The notes under the pieces were generated by a model. The model did not search any database, was not told where the DNA came from, and saw only the letters and a program-made list of their open reading frames with translations. Made by a program: the position numbers and the translations under genes. A DNA stretch of 64,000 bases. Source: Candidatus Omnitrophota bacterium. Its GTDB lineage: Bacteria > Omnitrophota > Gorgyraeia > Gygaellales > Gygaellaceae. The stretch is from NCBI GenBank assembly GCA_018400015.1, contig JAGYNB010000001.1:70815-134814 (forward strand), read 5' to 3'. Every line of letters starts with the position of its first letter. Within the stretch, counting starts at the first letter, position 1. Positions 20,057 to 30,749 of this stretch are shown here, piece after piece.

Positions 20057-21291
20057 AAAAAATAAGCAGCTTTTTTATTTTGTTTGCATTTTTAATGGGG
20101 ATGAATTTTTATGCAAACAATGCAGTTGCAGGAGAGATAGATATTTTGATTAATAAACTTGTCGATAAGGGAATTCTTTCCCATGGGGAAGCCCAGCAGG
20201 TTCTTACTGAAACTAAAGAGGAAATAAGAGCAAATATTGCAAGCGGTAAAGAGGATTCATTACCAGTGTGGATACAAAATTCGAAATTAAAGGGAGATTT
20301 TAGATTGCGCTATCAATATGACGATAAGAAAAATGATTCTAAATCAGGCCGTAATAGAGCCAGGATCAGATATCGTTTAGGAGTGGAGTCTAAGGTAAAT
20401 GATTCTTTAAAGGTAGCAGCCGGACTTGCTTCAGGCGGAAGCGATCCGCGTTCAACGAATCAGACTTTTCAGGATACATTTTCCACCAAAGGGATTAATT
20501 TAGATTATGCATACCTAGATTATAATGCAGCACCATGGGCTAAAGTTCAAGCTGGAAAAATGCCCAGGAAAGCCGTTCTTTGGGAGCCGACCGATTTGTT
20601 ATGGGACGGAGATATAAATCCTGAAGGTGCAGCGTTAATGTTATCAAGGAGTTTATCTGGTATAGATTTATTCTTGAATTCCGGTTTTTTTGTTTTGGAT
20701 GAATCAAGCAGTGCATCAAATGAGCCTTATATGGCTTATATCCAGCCAGGGGTGAGTGTTAAGATCGGTGGTAGTAGTAAACTTAAGTTTGCCCTTACCA
20801 ATTATCTGATAAATTCCAAAGGCTATGATATAGATAATTCCGCAGATTCAAACACTAAAACAAGTTCAACGTTACATAAGTATAATTACGATGCCATAAG
20901 TCCTGCTTTTGAATTAGACACTAAAGAGCCTTTTGGCGGAATAGTTCCTTATGCAGGGTTATTTGCCGAATACGTGAATGCGTACGACCCATCGGATAAT
21001 AATAGCGGTTGGGCAACTGGATTTAAGTTTGGTTCGGAAAAAGTAGCCAAAAACGGAGATTGGCAGTTTAAGTATATATATAGGAAGCTAGGCAAAGACG
21101 CATTTCTAGACGCCTTACCGGATTCAGATGCCTATGGCGGAGATACGGGGGTTAAAGGCCATGAGGGAATTTTTCAATACGGTTTAAGTAAAAACGTTAC
21201 CTTTGGTTTGGATTATTACAACATGAAACCAATAGCGGATTCAAACAGCCGCCAGCATGTAATACAAGCTGATATTGTGTGCAAATTTTAA
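20053..21291 (+). CDS. Putative outer-membrane porin (phosphate-regulon associated)
   Basis: Signal peptide, LINKLVDKGILS coiled N-terminus, KGDFRLRY..R.R.RYRLG, beta-barrel pattern, terminal Phe. Confidence 0.85.
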   Translation: MKKISSFFILFAFLMGMNFYANNAVAGEIDILINKLVDKGILSHGEAQQVLTETKEEIRANIASGKEDSLPVWIQNSKLKGDFRLRYQYDDKKNDSKSGRNRARIRYRLGVESKVNDSLKVAAGLASGGSDPRSTNQTFQDTFSTKGINLDYAYLDYNAAPWAKVQAGKMPRKAVLWEPTDLLWDGDINPEGAALMLSRSLSGIDLFLNSGFFVLDESSSASNEPYMAYIQPGVSVKIGGSSKLKFALTNYLINSKGYDIDNSADSNTKTSSTLHKYNYDAISPAFELDTKEPFGGIVPYAGLFAEYVNAYDPSDNNSGWATGFKFGSEKVAKNGDWQFKYIYRKLGKDAFLDALPDSDAYGGDTGVKGHEGIFQYGLSKNVTFGLDYYNMKPIADSNSRQHVIQADIVCKF

Positions 21292-21311
21292 TTGTGAAAG
21301 GAGAAATTATA

Positions 21312-22127
21312 ATGAGAAGCATAGGAAAAGTGTTTTTGTTGGCAAGTTTTATAATATGTAGTTTTGGATTCAAGGTTTTTGCCGAGTCAATAACGATTAA
21401 AGGATCAACCACTGTTTTACCAATTGCCCAGGCATGCGCGGAAGAGTATATGAACCGGAATCCGCAGGCTGATATTTCAGTTCAAGGCGGCGGTTCCAGT
21501 GTAGGTATTGCGGCGATTTTAGATGGCACTACTGACATTGCCGATGCGTCAAGAGAAATTAAAGATAAAGAGTTGGATAAGGCTGCTTCTTATGGTATCA
21601 AGCCAAAGGCCCATGTTGTTGCTATGGATGGTATTGTTTTGATTGTCCATCCTAAAAACAACATAAGCGAATTAAGCAAAGCCCAATTAAAGGATATATT
21701 TACAGGTAAGGTTTCCTTTTGGTCAGGGGTTAGTGGTTCTTCTAATAAAATAGTGCCTATATCCAGAGATAGCTCAAGCGGAACATTCGAAGCCTTTAAT
21801 AAATTGGTTCTTGATGGGGCAAAGGTTAGGCCTGATGCATTACTACAGGCTTCCAATCAGGCAGTTGTTTCTGTGGTATCAAGAACTCCGGGAGCAATCG
21901 GTTATGTGGGCTTAGGTTATGTTAATTCTTCGGTGAAGACGCTTGTTGTAGATAGTGTAAAAGCTACAAAAGAAACGGTTCTTTCCGGGGAATATCCTGT
22001 ATCAAGGCCTTTATTTATGTATACTAATGGTTCACCTAAGGGTCTGGTTAAGGATTTTATTGAGTTTGTGAAAGGCAAAGATGGTCAAGCGATAGCAGAA
22101 AGAGAAGGTTTTGTAGGGCTGAGATAG
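21312..22127 (+). CDS. pstS: Phosphate ABC transporter substrate-binding protein
   Basis: KGSTTVLP, GGGSSVG, ASR, RDSSSGT, GAIGYVG, YPVSRPL. ATG at 21312 follows AAGGAG. Confidence 0.95.
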   Translation: MRSIGKVFLLASFIICSFGFKVFAESITIKGSTTVLPIAQACAEEYMNRNPQADISVQGGGSSVGIAAILDGTTDIADASREIKDKELDKAASYGIKPKAHVVAMDGIVLIVHPKNNISELSKAQLKDIFTGKVSFWSGVSGSSNKIVPISRDSSSGTFEAFNKLVLDGAKVRPDALLQASNQAVVSVVSRTPGAIGYVGLGYVNSSVKTLVVDSVKATKETVLSGEYPVSRPLFMYTNGSPKGLVKDFIEFVKGKDGQAIAEREGFVGLR

Positions 22128-22152
22128 ATATTATCATTTGGCTCTACCTCCG

Positions 22153-22181
22153 GACACGGCAGGAGATAATCTTGCCGTGTC
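22153..22181 (+). terminator. Intergenic stem-loop between pstS and pstC
   Basis: GACACGGCAGGA / TCTTGCCGTGTC form a 12-bp stem with one G-U pair; weak U tail, so probably an mRNA stabiliser or partial terminator. Confidence 0.6.
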
Positions 22182-22201
22182 TTAATTAATAGCATAATAA
22201 A

Positions 22202-23083
22202 ATGAGAATTAAAGAGACAATTTACAAATGGATTTTTACAATTTTTGCGTTTGCATCTTTGTTGTTTCTTGTTGGAATAGTCGTAGTGCTTTTTAAAGAA
22301 GGCCTTCCAATTTTTAAACATGTGAAGCTTGTTGCTTTTTTGTTCGGTAAATCTTGGTATCCGACATATGAACCGGCTGAATACGGAATTTTACCTCTTA
22401 TAATGGGTTCTGTTTGGGTAACGGTTGGGGCAGTGTTGGTATCTGTGCCGTTGGGTGTGGGGAGCGCGCTTTATTTGGATGAATTGGCAAGCTATAAACA
22501 GAAAGCAATTTTAAAACCTATTATTGAGATATTAGCCAGCATACCATCGATAGTATTTGGTTTTTTTGGTATGGTAATAGTAGCGCCTTTAATCCAGAGG
22601 ATTTTTAAGTTGCCGGTAGGACTTTGTGCTTTGACTGCCAGTATTATTTTAGGGGTTATGGCAATACCGACTATTTGTAGCCTTGCTGAAGATGCCTTAA
22701 GTTATGTTCCTAGGTCTTTTCGCGAAGCATCTTTTGCACTTGGTGCAAATAGGTGGCAAACGCTTACAAAGGTTGTTGTTCCGGCAGCAGGCTCTGGTGT
22801 ATCCACATCCATAATATTGGGGGTAAGCAGAATTGTTGGTGAAACTATGACTGTTCTTATGGTATCAGGTGGTGCGGCAATGATTCCCGTTTCTTTTTTC
22901 CAGCCGGTAAGACCGATGACGGCTACTATTGCTGCAGAGATGGGAGAAGCGGCTATGGGAAGTGCGCATTACCACGCTTTGTTTGCGATAGGGCTTATAT
23001 TATTTTTGGTTACTTTAGTATTTAATATTATAGCTGAATTGATCAGCCGGCGGTTCAGGATAAAACTAGGTCTTAATAGATGA
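22202..23083 (+). CDS. pstC: Phosphate ABC transporter permease
   Basis: LASIPSIVFG, EASFALGA.RWQT, GETM, TIAAEMGE. Confidence 0.96.
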   Translation: MRIKETIYKWIFTIFAFASLLFLVGIVVVLFKEGLPIFKHVKLVAFLFGKSWYPTYEPAEYGILPLIMGSVWVTVGAVLVSVPLGVGSALYLDELASYKQKAILKPIIEILASIPSIVFGFFGMVIVAPLIQRIFKLPVGLCALTASIILGVMAIPTICSLAEDALSYVPRSFREASFALGANRWQTLTKVVVPAAGSGVSTSIILGVSRIVGETMTVLMVSGGAAMIPVSFFQPVRPMTATIAAEMGEAAMGSAHYHALFAIGLILFLVTLVFNIIAELISRRFRIKLGLNR

Positions 23084-23931
23084 AAAAAGACAATATACAG
23101 AATTTAGGTTTTTTAGTGTTATTTTTATGCATTGTTATAACCCTATTTTTTCTTGGGACAATAATATTTTTTGTAGTAGTAAGGGGTGCAAAAGTTATAA
23201 GTTTATCTTTTTTGTTTGAAGCTCCACGCAGGGCCATGACAGAAGGTGGCGTTGCACCAGCAATAATAGGCACTTTTTATCTTACGCTTGGCGCGATTAT
23301 ATTCGCTTTGCCTTTAGGCGTGGCTTGTGCAATTTATCTTTGTGAATATAGTCCGAAAAGTTTTGTGGTCAATATAATACGCATGAGCATAAACAACTTA
23401 GCAGGTGTTCCTTCTGTGGTGTTTGGGTTGTTTGGATTGGCTGTTTTTGTAAAGTTTTTTAATTTTGGGGTATCTATACTTTCAGGGAGTTTAACTCTTG
23501 GGATATTGGTTCTTCCATCGATCATATCTGCTTCTCAGGAAGCCCTATTGGCAGTTCCCCGCTCTATAAGGGAAGCATCGTTATCGCTAGGCGCTTCTTC
23601 ATGGCAGACGATAAAAAAGATAGTTATTCCCACGGCTTTACCGGGGATACTTACCGGTGTGATTTTAAGTATCGGTAGAATTGCCGGAGAGACAGCACCG
23701 ATAATGTTCACGGCAGCAACTTTTTATATAAAGAAATATCCAAGCTCGATATTCTCAGAAGTAATGGTTTTACCTTATCATATCTATGCGCTCATGACAG
23801 AAGGAACGCATCCTGATAAACAAACAGCTATTGCTTATGGGTGTGCTTTAATATTATTAATACTGGTTTTGTTTGTTTCTGCACTAGCTATTGTAATTAG
23901 ACAAAGACAGAGGAGTTATCATCATGCATAA
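23080..23931 (+). CDS. pstA: Phosphate ABC transporter permease
   Basis: [37 protein letters not shown]. Confidence 0.96.
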   Translation: MKKDNIQNLGFLVLFLCIVITLFFLGTIIFFVVVRGAKVISLSFLFEAPRRAMTEGGVAPAIIGTFYLTLGAIIFALPLGVACAIYLCEYSPKSFVVNIIRMSINNLAGVPSVVFGLFGLAVFVKFFNFGVSILSGSLTLGILVLPSIISASQEALLAVPRSIREASLSLGASSWQTIKKIVIPTALPGILTGVILSIGRIAGETAPIMFTAATFYIKKYPSSIFSEVMVLPYHIYALMTEGTHPDKQTAIAYGCALILLILVLFVSALAIVIRQRQRSYHHA

Positions 23932-24685
23932 TGGTACAAGGATAAAAATAAGTAATGTCTCTTTTTATTACGGTAATTTAAAGGTTCTTTCAAATATCAG
24001 CATGGATATTTATAAGAATCAGGTTACGGCCATTATCGGGCCGTCAGGCTGCGGGAAATCGACTTTTATAAGGCTTTTAAACAGGATGAACGATCTTATA
24101 ACTAAAAGTAAGTTAGAAGGAAGTATTTATCTTGATAATAAAGATATATACAAAGCTAAAGAAGACGTTGTTGCAATAAGAAGGCTTGTAGGTATGGTTT
24201 TTCAAAAACCCAATCCTTTCCCTAAAAGTATATATGAGAATGTTGCTTATGGGCTAGAGGTTAATAATATAAAAGACAAGGCATTTATTGAACATAGGGT
24301 TATTGAATCATTACGAAAGGCAGCGCTTTGGAATGAAGTAAAGGATAGGTTGCATGATAGTGCGTTAAAACTTTCCGGCGGCCAGCAGCAGAGACTTTGT
24401 ATAGCCAGATGTTTGGCGGTTGACCCGGAAGTGATCTTGTTTGATGAGCCTTGCGCAAGTTTAGACCCCGTATCTACAAAAAAGATCGAAGAGTTGATTT
24501 TAGAATTGAAAAGCGATTATACGATTGTTATCGTAACCCATAATATGCAGCAGGCGGCAAGGGTATCAGATTTCACAGCTTTTTTATATCTCGGAGAACT
24601 TGTAGAATTTGGGCACACAGAAAAGATATTTACCGTCCCTAAAAACAAAAAGACTGAAGAGTATTTAACGGGAAAGTTTGGTTAA
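23924..24685 (+). CDS. pstB: Phosphate ABC transporter ATPase
   Basis: [43 protein letters not shown]. Confidence 0.97.
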   Translation: MHNGTRIKISNVSFYYGNLKVLSNISMDIYKNQVTAIIGPSGCGKSTFIRLLNRMNDLITKSKLEGSIYLDNKDIYKAKEDVVAIRRLVGMVFQKPNPFPKSIYENVAYGLEVNNIKDKAFIEHRVIESLRKAALWNEVKDRLHDSALKLSGGQQQRLCIARCLAVDPEVILFDEPCASLDPVSTKKIEELILELKSDYTIVIVTHNMQQAARVSDFTAFLYLGELVEFGHTEKIFTVPKNKKTEEYLTGKFG

Positions 24686-24703
24686 TTCAATAAGGAGGAT
24701 GAT

Positions 24704-25357
24704 ATGTTAGAAGAGAAAATAACAGAATTAAAAAAAGAAATAGTCAGTTACGCCAGTTTAGTTGAGGGGATGATCGCTAAAGGTATAGACGGGTTTGTTA
24801 ATAAAAAAAGCGAACAGATTAAAACAGTAATAGAAAAAGAAGAAGTTAAAGCCAACAATTTTGAAATATCTATGGATGAATTGTGTACTAGTCTCATCGC
24901 TCAGTTCCAGCCCAGGGCTAGAGATCTGCGTTTTATTCTAATGATACTTAAAATTAATAATGATTTAGAAAGAATGGCCGATCATGCAGTAAATATTTCC
25001 CAAAGTGCGGCTTTTTTAATTGAAAAACCAATGGTAAAGCGTTTGATTGATATCCCCAAGATGAGTGAGGTGGTGATAGCTATGTTAAAAGAAAGTATTA
25101 CCGCTTTAATAAAAGAAGATGTTGCTTTGGCTAAAGATGTATGTGCAAAAGATAGTTTGGTTGACGATTTGCGTGATCAGATTATTAGAGAACTGATAAC
25201 CTTTATGGTTTCTGATTCATCCACCATCCAGAGAAGTCTGCATATATTGCGCGTAGCTACCAATTTAGAGCGTATTGCAGATCTCTCTACAAATATCTGC
25301 GAAGATATAATTTTTATGGTTGAAGGTAAGATAATTAAACATCATCATCAAGATTAG
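24704..25357 (+). CDS. phoU: Phosphate signalling protein PhoU
   Basis: QP.ARDLR, DLERMADHAVNI, LERIADLSTNICE. Confidence 0.96.
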   Translation: MLEEKITELKKEIVSYASLVEGMIAKGIDGFVNKKSEQIKTVIEKEEVKANNFEISMDELCTSLIAQFQPRARDLRFILMILKINNDLERMADHAVNISQSAAFLIEKPMVKRLIDIPKMSEVVIAMLKESITALIKEDVALAKDVCAKDSLVDDLRDQIIRELITFMVSDSSTIQRSLHILRVATNLERIADLSTNICEDIIFMVEGKIIKHHHQD

Positions 25358-25494
25358 CAATATGTAGTTATTCCCTTTAACTTTTGAAACCGATATCTAG
25401 ATCCCAATATATTAATTATTCATTGAAGTACTCTTTATAAACAGATATAATTGTTTAGGGTAGTTTAAAATTTCTAACTCTATAAGGAGGAATT

Positions 25495-26421
25495 ATGGAT
25501 AATTCTAAGATAAAGGACTTATTAGATAATATTGAGAAAGTCATCGTCGGTAAGACCGAGAAAATAAAGTTTTTGATCACAGGGCTTCTTACCAATAGCC
25601 ATGTTTTGATTGAGGATGTTCCCGGTCTTGGCAAGACAATGCTTGCCTTATCATTATCTAAGTCAGTATCGGGAAAATTCAAAAGAATTCAGTTTACCCC
25701 GGATTTATTGCCTTCGGATGTTACCGGAGGTTATGTTTATAATCCTAAGTCTGGCGAGTTTGACTTCAGAGAAGGCCCGATATTCGCCAATATCGTTTTA
25801 TCCGATGAAATCAATAGAACAACACCTAGAACTCAGTCAGCGTTATTAGAATGTATGCAGGAATATAAAGCTACAATCGACGGAAAAACATTTATACTTC
25901 CTCAGCCCTTTATGGTTATTGCTACGCAAAACCCCATTGAGTACCAAGGTACTTATCCACTTCCTGAAGCGCAGGTGGATAGATTTTTAATGAAAATTAA
26001 TATGGGTTATCCTACCGAAGAAGAAGAGGTAAAGGTTATATCAGGTCAAAAGCAGGTTCATCCAGTGGAGACTCTTAGTGCGGTAATGAGTTTAGAAGAA
26101 GTGGTTAAACTTCAGGAGGAAGTTAAAAGAGTACAGGTTATGCCAAATATTTTAAACTATATCGTAAAGATAATTTCACTTACCAGAAAAAGAGATGATA
26201 TCAAAGTAGGCGCCAGCCCCAGGGCATCGATATCTTTGATGAAAGCAAGCTGTGCTTGGGCTTTTATTGAGGGAAGAGATTATGTTATTCCTGATGATGT
26301 CACTAAACTTGCCACTTGGATACTTCAGCATAGGATAAGTCTTGAACCAAAGTCACTTATCGTAGGCAAAACCGCAGAAATGGTGATAGCGGAAATCATT
26401 AAAGAGATACCTATTCCTTAA
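25495..26421 (+). CDS. moxR: MoxR-family AAA+ ATPase
   Basis: EDVPGLGKT, RIQFTPDLLPSD, DEINR, TQNPIE.QGTYPLPEAQ.DRF, GASPR. Confidence 0.95.
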   Translation: MDNSKIKDLLDNIEKVIVGKTEKIKFLITGLLTNSHVLIEDVPGLGKTMLALSLSKSVSGKFKRIQFTPDLLPSDVTGGYVYNPKSGEFDFREGPIFANIVLSDEINRTTPRTQSALLECMQEYKATIDGKTFILPQPFMVIATQNPIEYQGTYPLPEAQVDRFLMKINMGYPTEEEEVKVISGQKQVHPVETLSAVMSLEEVVKLQEEVKRVQVMPNILNYIVKIISLTRKRDDIKVGASPRASISLMKASCAWAFIEGRDYVIPDDVTKLATWILQHRISLEPKSLIVGKTAEMVIAEIIKEIPIP

Positions 26422-26425
26422 ATAA

Positions 26426-27670
26426 ATGCTTAAGATATTCATTAAAAAATGGATATTTATCTTTTTTCTCCTTTTATTTAGCCTTATCGGTTCTTTAAAA
26501 AGCCATATTGCTTTTTTTAATATATTTTTTTGGATTCTTTTATCGATTATTTTCCTGGAACTATTCTGGGTAAGTTTAGCTTATTTTACCGCCCGTTTTA
26601 GTTTTGAAAGAAACCTTCCCTATAAAAGTGTAGAAGACGATACGATTACAATCAAAACAAATGTTATAAACAAGACGATATTGCCGTTTTTTAATCTTGT
26701 TTTGGAGGATTATGTTTATTGTGAGGAGCCCACAAGACAAAAACATACCACAATGTTTGAATTTATTGGACCCAAGAAAATACTTACATTGACCTACAGA
26801 TGTTTTTGTTATAAAAGAGGCAGATATAATATTGGTCCTTTGAAAGTTTTTTTCTTTGGTCCCTTTGGTCTATTGTTTTTTAAAAGAAAGTACGAAGTAT
26901 TTTCAGAAATATACATATATCCCAAGACATTCACTATTCATAAATTAGGGCCGTTAACCAAAGGTATTGCGCCTTGGTTTGGCATTGAAACCAGCCGTGT
27001 AAGCGGAGATGACGATGAGTTTTTTGGTGTCCGTGAGTATAAAAGCGGTGATCCGATAAAAAAGATTCATTGGGCGACAACTGCAAAGAAAAACCAGCTT
27101 ATCGTGAAGGAATTTCAAAGACAAAGTTTCTATAGAGCGAGTATTATTTTTAATCTTGAAAGACAGACTAATTATGGCACAGGACGCGAGAGAGTTGCCG
27201 AGTATATGATAAAACTTGCCGCTTCGATTGCCAAATACCTTACATTGAGAGGGGTTTCTTTTGAAGTTATCTCCCATACTCAGGAGACGGTCCATGTACC
27301 TTTTAATAAGGGTGAAAATCATCTGGAAGAGGTAATGAAGTTTTTAACTATCGCACAAGCTGAGAGTGCCGTAAGTCTGCGCGAGATTTTTGAAGAGTTT
27401 TCCAAACGCCTACCTAACGATTCCAGTATGATTGCGATTATGCAGGATAGTGACTGGGAATGTCTTCCCGCGATGATGTCTTTAAAGCTCAGGAACATAT
27501 CGCTTTTACCGATAATATTGGTTTCGTCAAGCTTTAAAGAAAAAAAAGATATTGAAGAAAGCGAACGTGAAACAAAACTAAATGTATCCAAGACAATCGA
27601 TTTTGTGCCCATATTTGTCAGTCGCGGGGATAATTTCGAAGAAATATTTTTATCAAGCAACATTAAATGA
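26426..27670 (+). CDS. DUF58 (vWA-like) MoxR partner
   Basis: Two N-terminal TM segments; EFFGVREYKSGD.IKKIHWATTAK..LIVKEF. Confidence 0.9.
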   Translation: MLKIFIKKWIFIFFLLLFSLIGSLKSHIAFFNIFFWILLSIIFLELFWVSLAYFTARFSFERNLPYKSVEDDTITIKTNVINKTILPFFNLVLEDYVYCEEPTRQKHTTMFEFIGPKKILTLTYRCFCYKRGRYNIGPLKVFFFGPFGLLFFKRKYEVFSEIYIYPKTFTIHKLGPLTKGIAPWFGIETSRVSGDDDEFFGVREYKSGDPIKKIHWATTAKKNQLIVKEFQRQSFYRASIIFNLERQTNYGTGRERVAEYMIKLAASIAKYLTLRGVSFEVISHTQETVHVPFNKGENHLEEVMKFLTIAQAESAVSLREIFEEFSKRLPNDSSMIAIMQDSDWECLPAMMSLKLRNISLLPIILVSSSFKEKKDIEESERETKLNVSKTIDFVPIFVSRGDNFEEIFLSSNIK

Positions 27671-30600
27671 CAAAAAATAAGAATATTATTAAAATAGAAT
27701 TGATACTGACCTGCCTGCTGCTTTTTATAAATACTTTTCTTTTGTGGCATGTGTTGTTTCCCTATGGGTTTTATTTCCTATGCGTAATTGTGGTTGGTTT
27801 TATTTTAAGCGGGTATATCCATAGACGTCTTGGGAGAATTTTTGATTTATTGGTGAGTTTGGCTATTCTTGCTGTTTTTATTTTGCTTGTCATCTCAACA
27901 GTAAAGTCCTCTTTTATATACAAAGAAGTCGTTGAAATTTTTGTAAAGAAAATATTTTTGGCTTTAGTTATTTTCTCTTTTGCCGCATCATCGGCAATAT
28001 ATTTGTCATACATTCAAGTTTTAAGTGCTGCCGTATTAATATCCCACGCGCTTTTTATCACCAATTATACATTAATGGTTTTTTCTTTTGTAATTGCCTA
28101 TCTTTTATTATGGGTAATGATAATGAGGGTAAAGCTTTATGGATATTTTTCCGATATTGATGAAATAAAGGGTAAAAAAAAGTATCCTTTATTCATTTCG
28201 TTTGTATTTTTTATTATCGCTTTTTTGTTGGCATGGGCATTGTTCGTTAAGTTTCCCATAGGTAAGTTTGATAAATTCGCAATTTTATTTCATCTTGAAG
28301 AATCTGCCAACCCAGAATTTCTTACGACAGAAAAAGAAAAAGATTTCTCGCAACTTGAGGAAGAATTGGTTGATAAGGCAGCAAAGTTGATTTCCGATTC
28401 AAATTACGGCACGATTGGGGATAAAGAAGCAAGCCTCACTTTATTTAATAAGTTGATTAATCGTTCGTCAACCTCATTAGAGGTTTTGCAGGCAGAAGCA
28501 GGGTTGTTTGATTTACTTAACAGGACGGGGCCAGGCATAGAAGAAAAAAAAGATGACCTAAACAGCATTTTAAATCAATACTTAAAGGCAAGGTTAGATT
28601 TCAATTTAAGTAGTAATTCTAAAATCCTAATTAATAGTTTCAATATGAACCCGTTTAATATATTTGATAAGTTAGCCAATATGAGTAAAGTTAATAAACT
28701 TAATTCCAGCGGTTCGTTGGATGAACTTAATGAAGAAAGCGAGAAGCTTACTGACAAGATAGACAAAAAGCATCTTAATCTTCAAGAGGTTGTAAAAATT
28801 GATGAGGCAGTAGATGATCTTAGGCAAATCAAACTAGAGGAGCTTTACAGAAAGAAAAAAGAAGAAATAAAAAATGATTTAGTGAAGTTAGAGAGAGAAA
28901 AATCTAAGCTAGAAACTTCCATATATGCAGGTAATTTAGAAGAAGGAGAATTCTTTTCTCAAGGGAAAAGCGATTTTAACATTATAAAACAAAGTGTTGT
29001 TAATGATTTAAACAAATTAAAAGAATCTTTGAGGCAATTATCTGTGTATCCAGAAACAGAAAACGAAATAGATAAAATTATCTCAAAAGCGAAGATTTCC
29101 AAGGATATTAAGGATTTATCGGATATTGGCAATGCCCTGAAGCAGTTAGAAAAAAGACCTAATGAGTCTACAAAAGGTAACATCAAAGGGATGAGAAAAC
29201 TCATTGATTTGCAAGTTGGAATTGGAAATTTAAAAGAATTACTTTTAGAAATAGAAAAAGCTACCAACTTGGATAATTTTAAAGAGATAGATAAGGATAT
29301 CAATCAATTAGCAGAAAAGCATTGCGAAACTTTGGATAAACACTTGAGCGACTTGTCCGAACTGTCCGATATTAAGTTATCCATTGTCAACGAGCATATA
29401 AAACAGATGATTGGCCAGGATTTAAAGGATTCCAATGCTCCGGAATATTTTAAAAACGAAATAAAACATTCTTTGGAAATTATAATTTCTACGAACAATG
29501 AAAAAGAGTTTAAGGAGCAGTCTACGAAGACTCATGAGAAGCTCAAAAATAATAAAACCGGTTCTGAAAAAGATATAAAGCAATTAATTATGAGCAAGTC
29601 ATTTTTATTATCTAAAGAAAAAAGAGAGGAAATTAAATCCGAGTTAGAGAAGGATCTTGATATTCAGTTGTTGGATGAAAAACTCAAAGAGTTGAAACAG
29701 CAGATTGACCGGCTTGAGGAAGACAGTCTGTTAGACTCATTACAAAAGAATACTGATAAGCTTAAAAGCGAATTGGAACAATTATCCAGTAAAGGGCAAT
29801 TATTAAAAACAAATCAGGATAATCAGGATAAATCTTTGGATGAACTTTTCGATATTTTATCAGTAAAAATCATCATAGAAAGTGAAACTTATCAAGAAGG
29901 AGAAAATAAACAAAAAAGGAAGGAAGATTCCTTTGAACAATTATTGAATGCCGAAGAAATGTCAGAGGAGGTAAAAGAACTTTTAAAAGATCTTAAATCA
30001 AAAATCGATAAAGCAAAGGATTTTTCTGAAATAAAGAGGCTTATGGAAGAAATAGACATGCTTGAAAATATCATGAAGGATAAAGTCGATGAAGATGATT
30101 TGAAACAAATAAAGCAGTCTTTAAAGCAAAGGATGCAGATACGTAAAGAATTTATTCGCCAGAATATAAAGTCTCGTTTAGCGCAGCAGCTTGATTTGAT
30201 GAAAAGATCTAATTCTATTGATAATAATACGATTGATAAATTAAAAAGAGAATTGTATAAAAGCAAAACTGACGAGCAACTTAGGGATACGCTTGATAAG
30301 ATAAGTTCTTTTTTAGAGCAGGAGTTAGTGTCTACCGAAGACAATTTATCATCAGCCGAAAGTTTTGATTGGCAGTCAAAGAATGAGGCAGCTATGGTCA
30401 AGAATGAAGATATAGTATCCGAACCCGGTCAAGAGGCTATGGCCAAAGAATTAATAGCCGTTCCTTTACGTATTGTTATGTCAGTAGATACGAGTGTACA
30501 ACCAAAAGCTTTTTTTGTTTCCAATAAGTTGTTTGCAATTGACGTAACTGATAAATGTATTTGGACATCAACTAACCCTAATGTGGCTTGGATAGATCAA

Positions 30601-30747
30601 AAAGGTGTTATTCACGCAATTAATAAAGGAGCAACTGAAATTACAGCAGTATTTAGAGACACTTCTAGCAAAGTAATAAATGTTTTGGTTTCTGATGGGC
30701 TTTTATCTTCTGTTGAATACGCCATAGAAAGAGAAGTTGCCAAATAA
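27667..30747 (+). CDS. Multi-TM protein with long coiled-coil and C-terminal Big_2-like Ig domain
   Basis: About 6-7 TM helices, ~700 aa E/K/L-rich helical region, then DVTDKCIWTSTNPNVAWID.KG.I.A..KGATEITA. Confidence 0.8.
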   Translation: MTKNKNIIKIELILTCLLLFINTFLLWHVLFPYGFYFLCVIVVGFILSGYIHRRLGRIFDLLVSLAILAVFILLVISTVKSSFIYKEVVEIFVKKIFLALVIFSFAASSAIYLSYIQVLSAAVLISHALFITNYTLMVFSFVIAYLLLWVMIMRVKLYGYFSDIDEIKGKKKYPLFISFVFFIIAFLLAWALFVKFPIGKFDKFAILFHLEESANPEFLTTEKEKDFSQLEEELVDKAAKLISDSNYGTIGDKEASLTLFNKLINRSSTSLEVLQAEAGLFDLLNRTGPGIEEKKDDLNSILNQYLKARLDFNLSSNSKILINSFNMNPFNIFDKLANMSKVNKLNSSGSLDELNEESEKLTDKIDKKHLNLQEVVKIDEAVDDLRQIKLEELYRKKKEEIKNDLVKLEREKSKLETSIYAGNLEEGEFFSQGKSDFNIIKQSVVNDLNKLKESLRQLSVYPETENEIDKIISKAKISKDIKDLSDIGNALKQLEKRPNESTKGNIKGMRKLIDLQVGIGNLKELLLEIEKATNLDNFKEIDKDINQLAEKHCETLDKHLSDLSELSDIKLSIVNEHIKQMIGQDLKDSNAPEYFKNEIKHSLEIIISTNNEKEFKEQSTKTHEKLKNNKTGSEKDIKQLIMSKSFLLSKEKREEIKSELEKDLDIQLLDEKLKELKQQIDRLEEDSLLDSLQKNTDKLKSELEQLSSKGQLLKTNQDNQDKSLDELFDILSVKIIIESETYQEGENKQKRKEDSFEQLLNAEEMSEEVKELLKDLKSKIDKAKDFSEIKRLMEEIDMLENIMKDKVDEDDLKQIKQSLKQRMQIRKEFIRQNIKSRLAQQLDLMKRSNSIDNNTIDKLKRELYKSKTDEQLRDTLDKISSFLEQELVSTEDNLSSAESFDWQSKNEAAMVKNEDIVSEPGQEAMAKELIAVPLRIVMSVDTSVQPKAFFVSNKLFAIDVTDKCIWTSTNPNVAWIDQKGVIHAINKGATEITAVFRDTSSKVINVLVSDGLLSSVEYAIEREVAK

Positions 30748-30749
30748 AA

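Noticed and set aside
28300-30400. SMC/chromosome-segregation or tape-measure protein
   Set aside because: The coiled-coil resemblance is compositional. There are no Walker motifs or phage genes, and the protein has a multi-TM anchor and an Ig domain.
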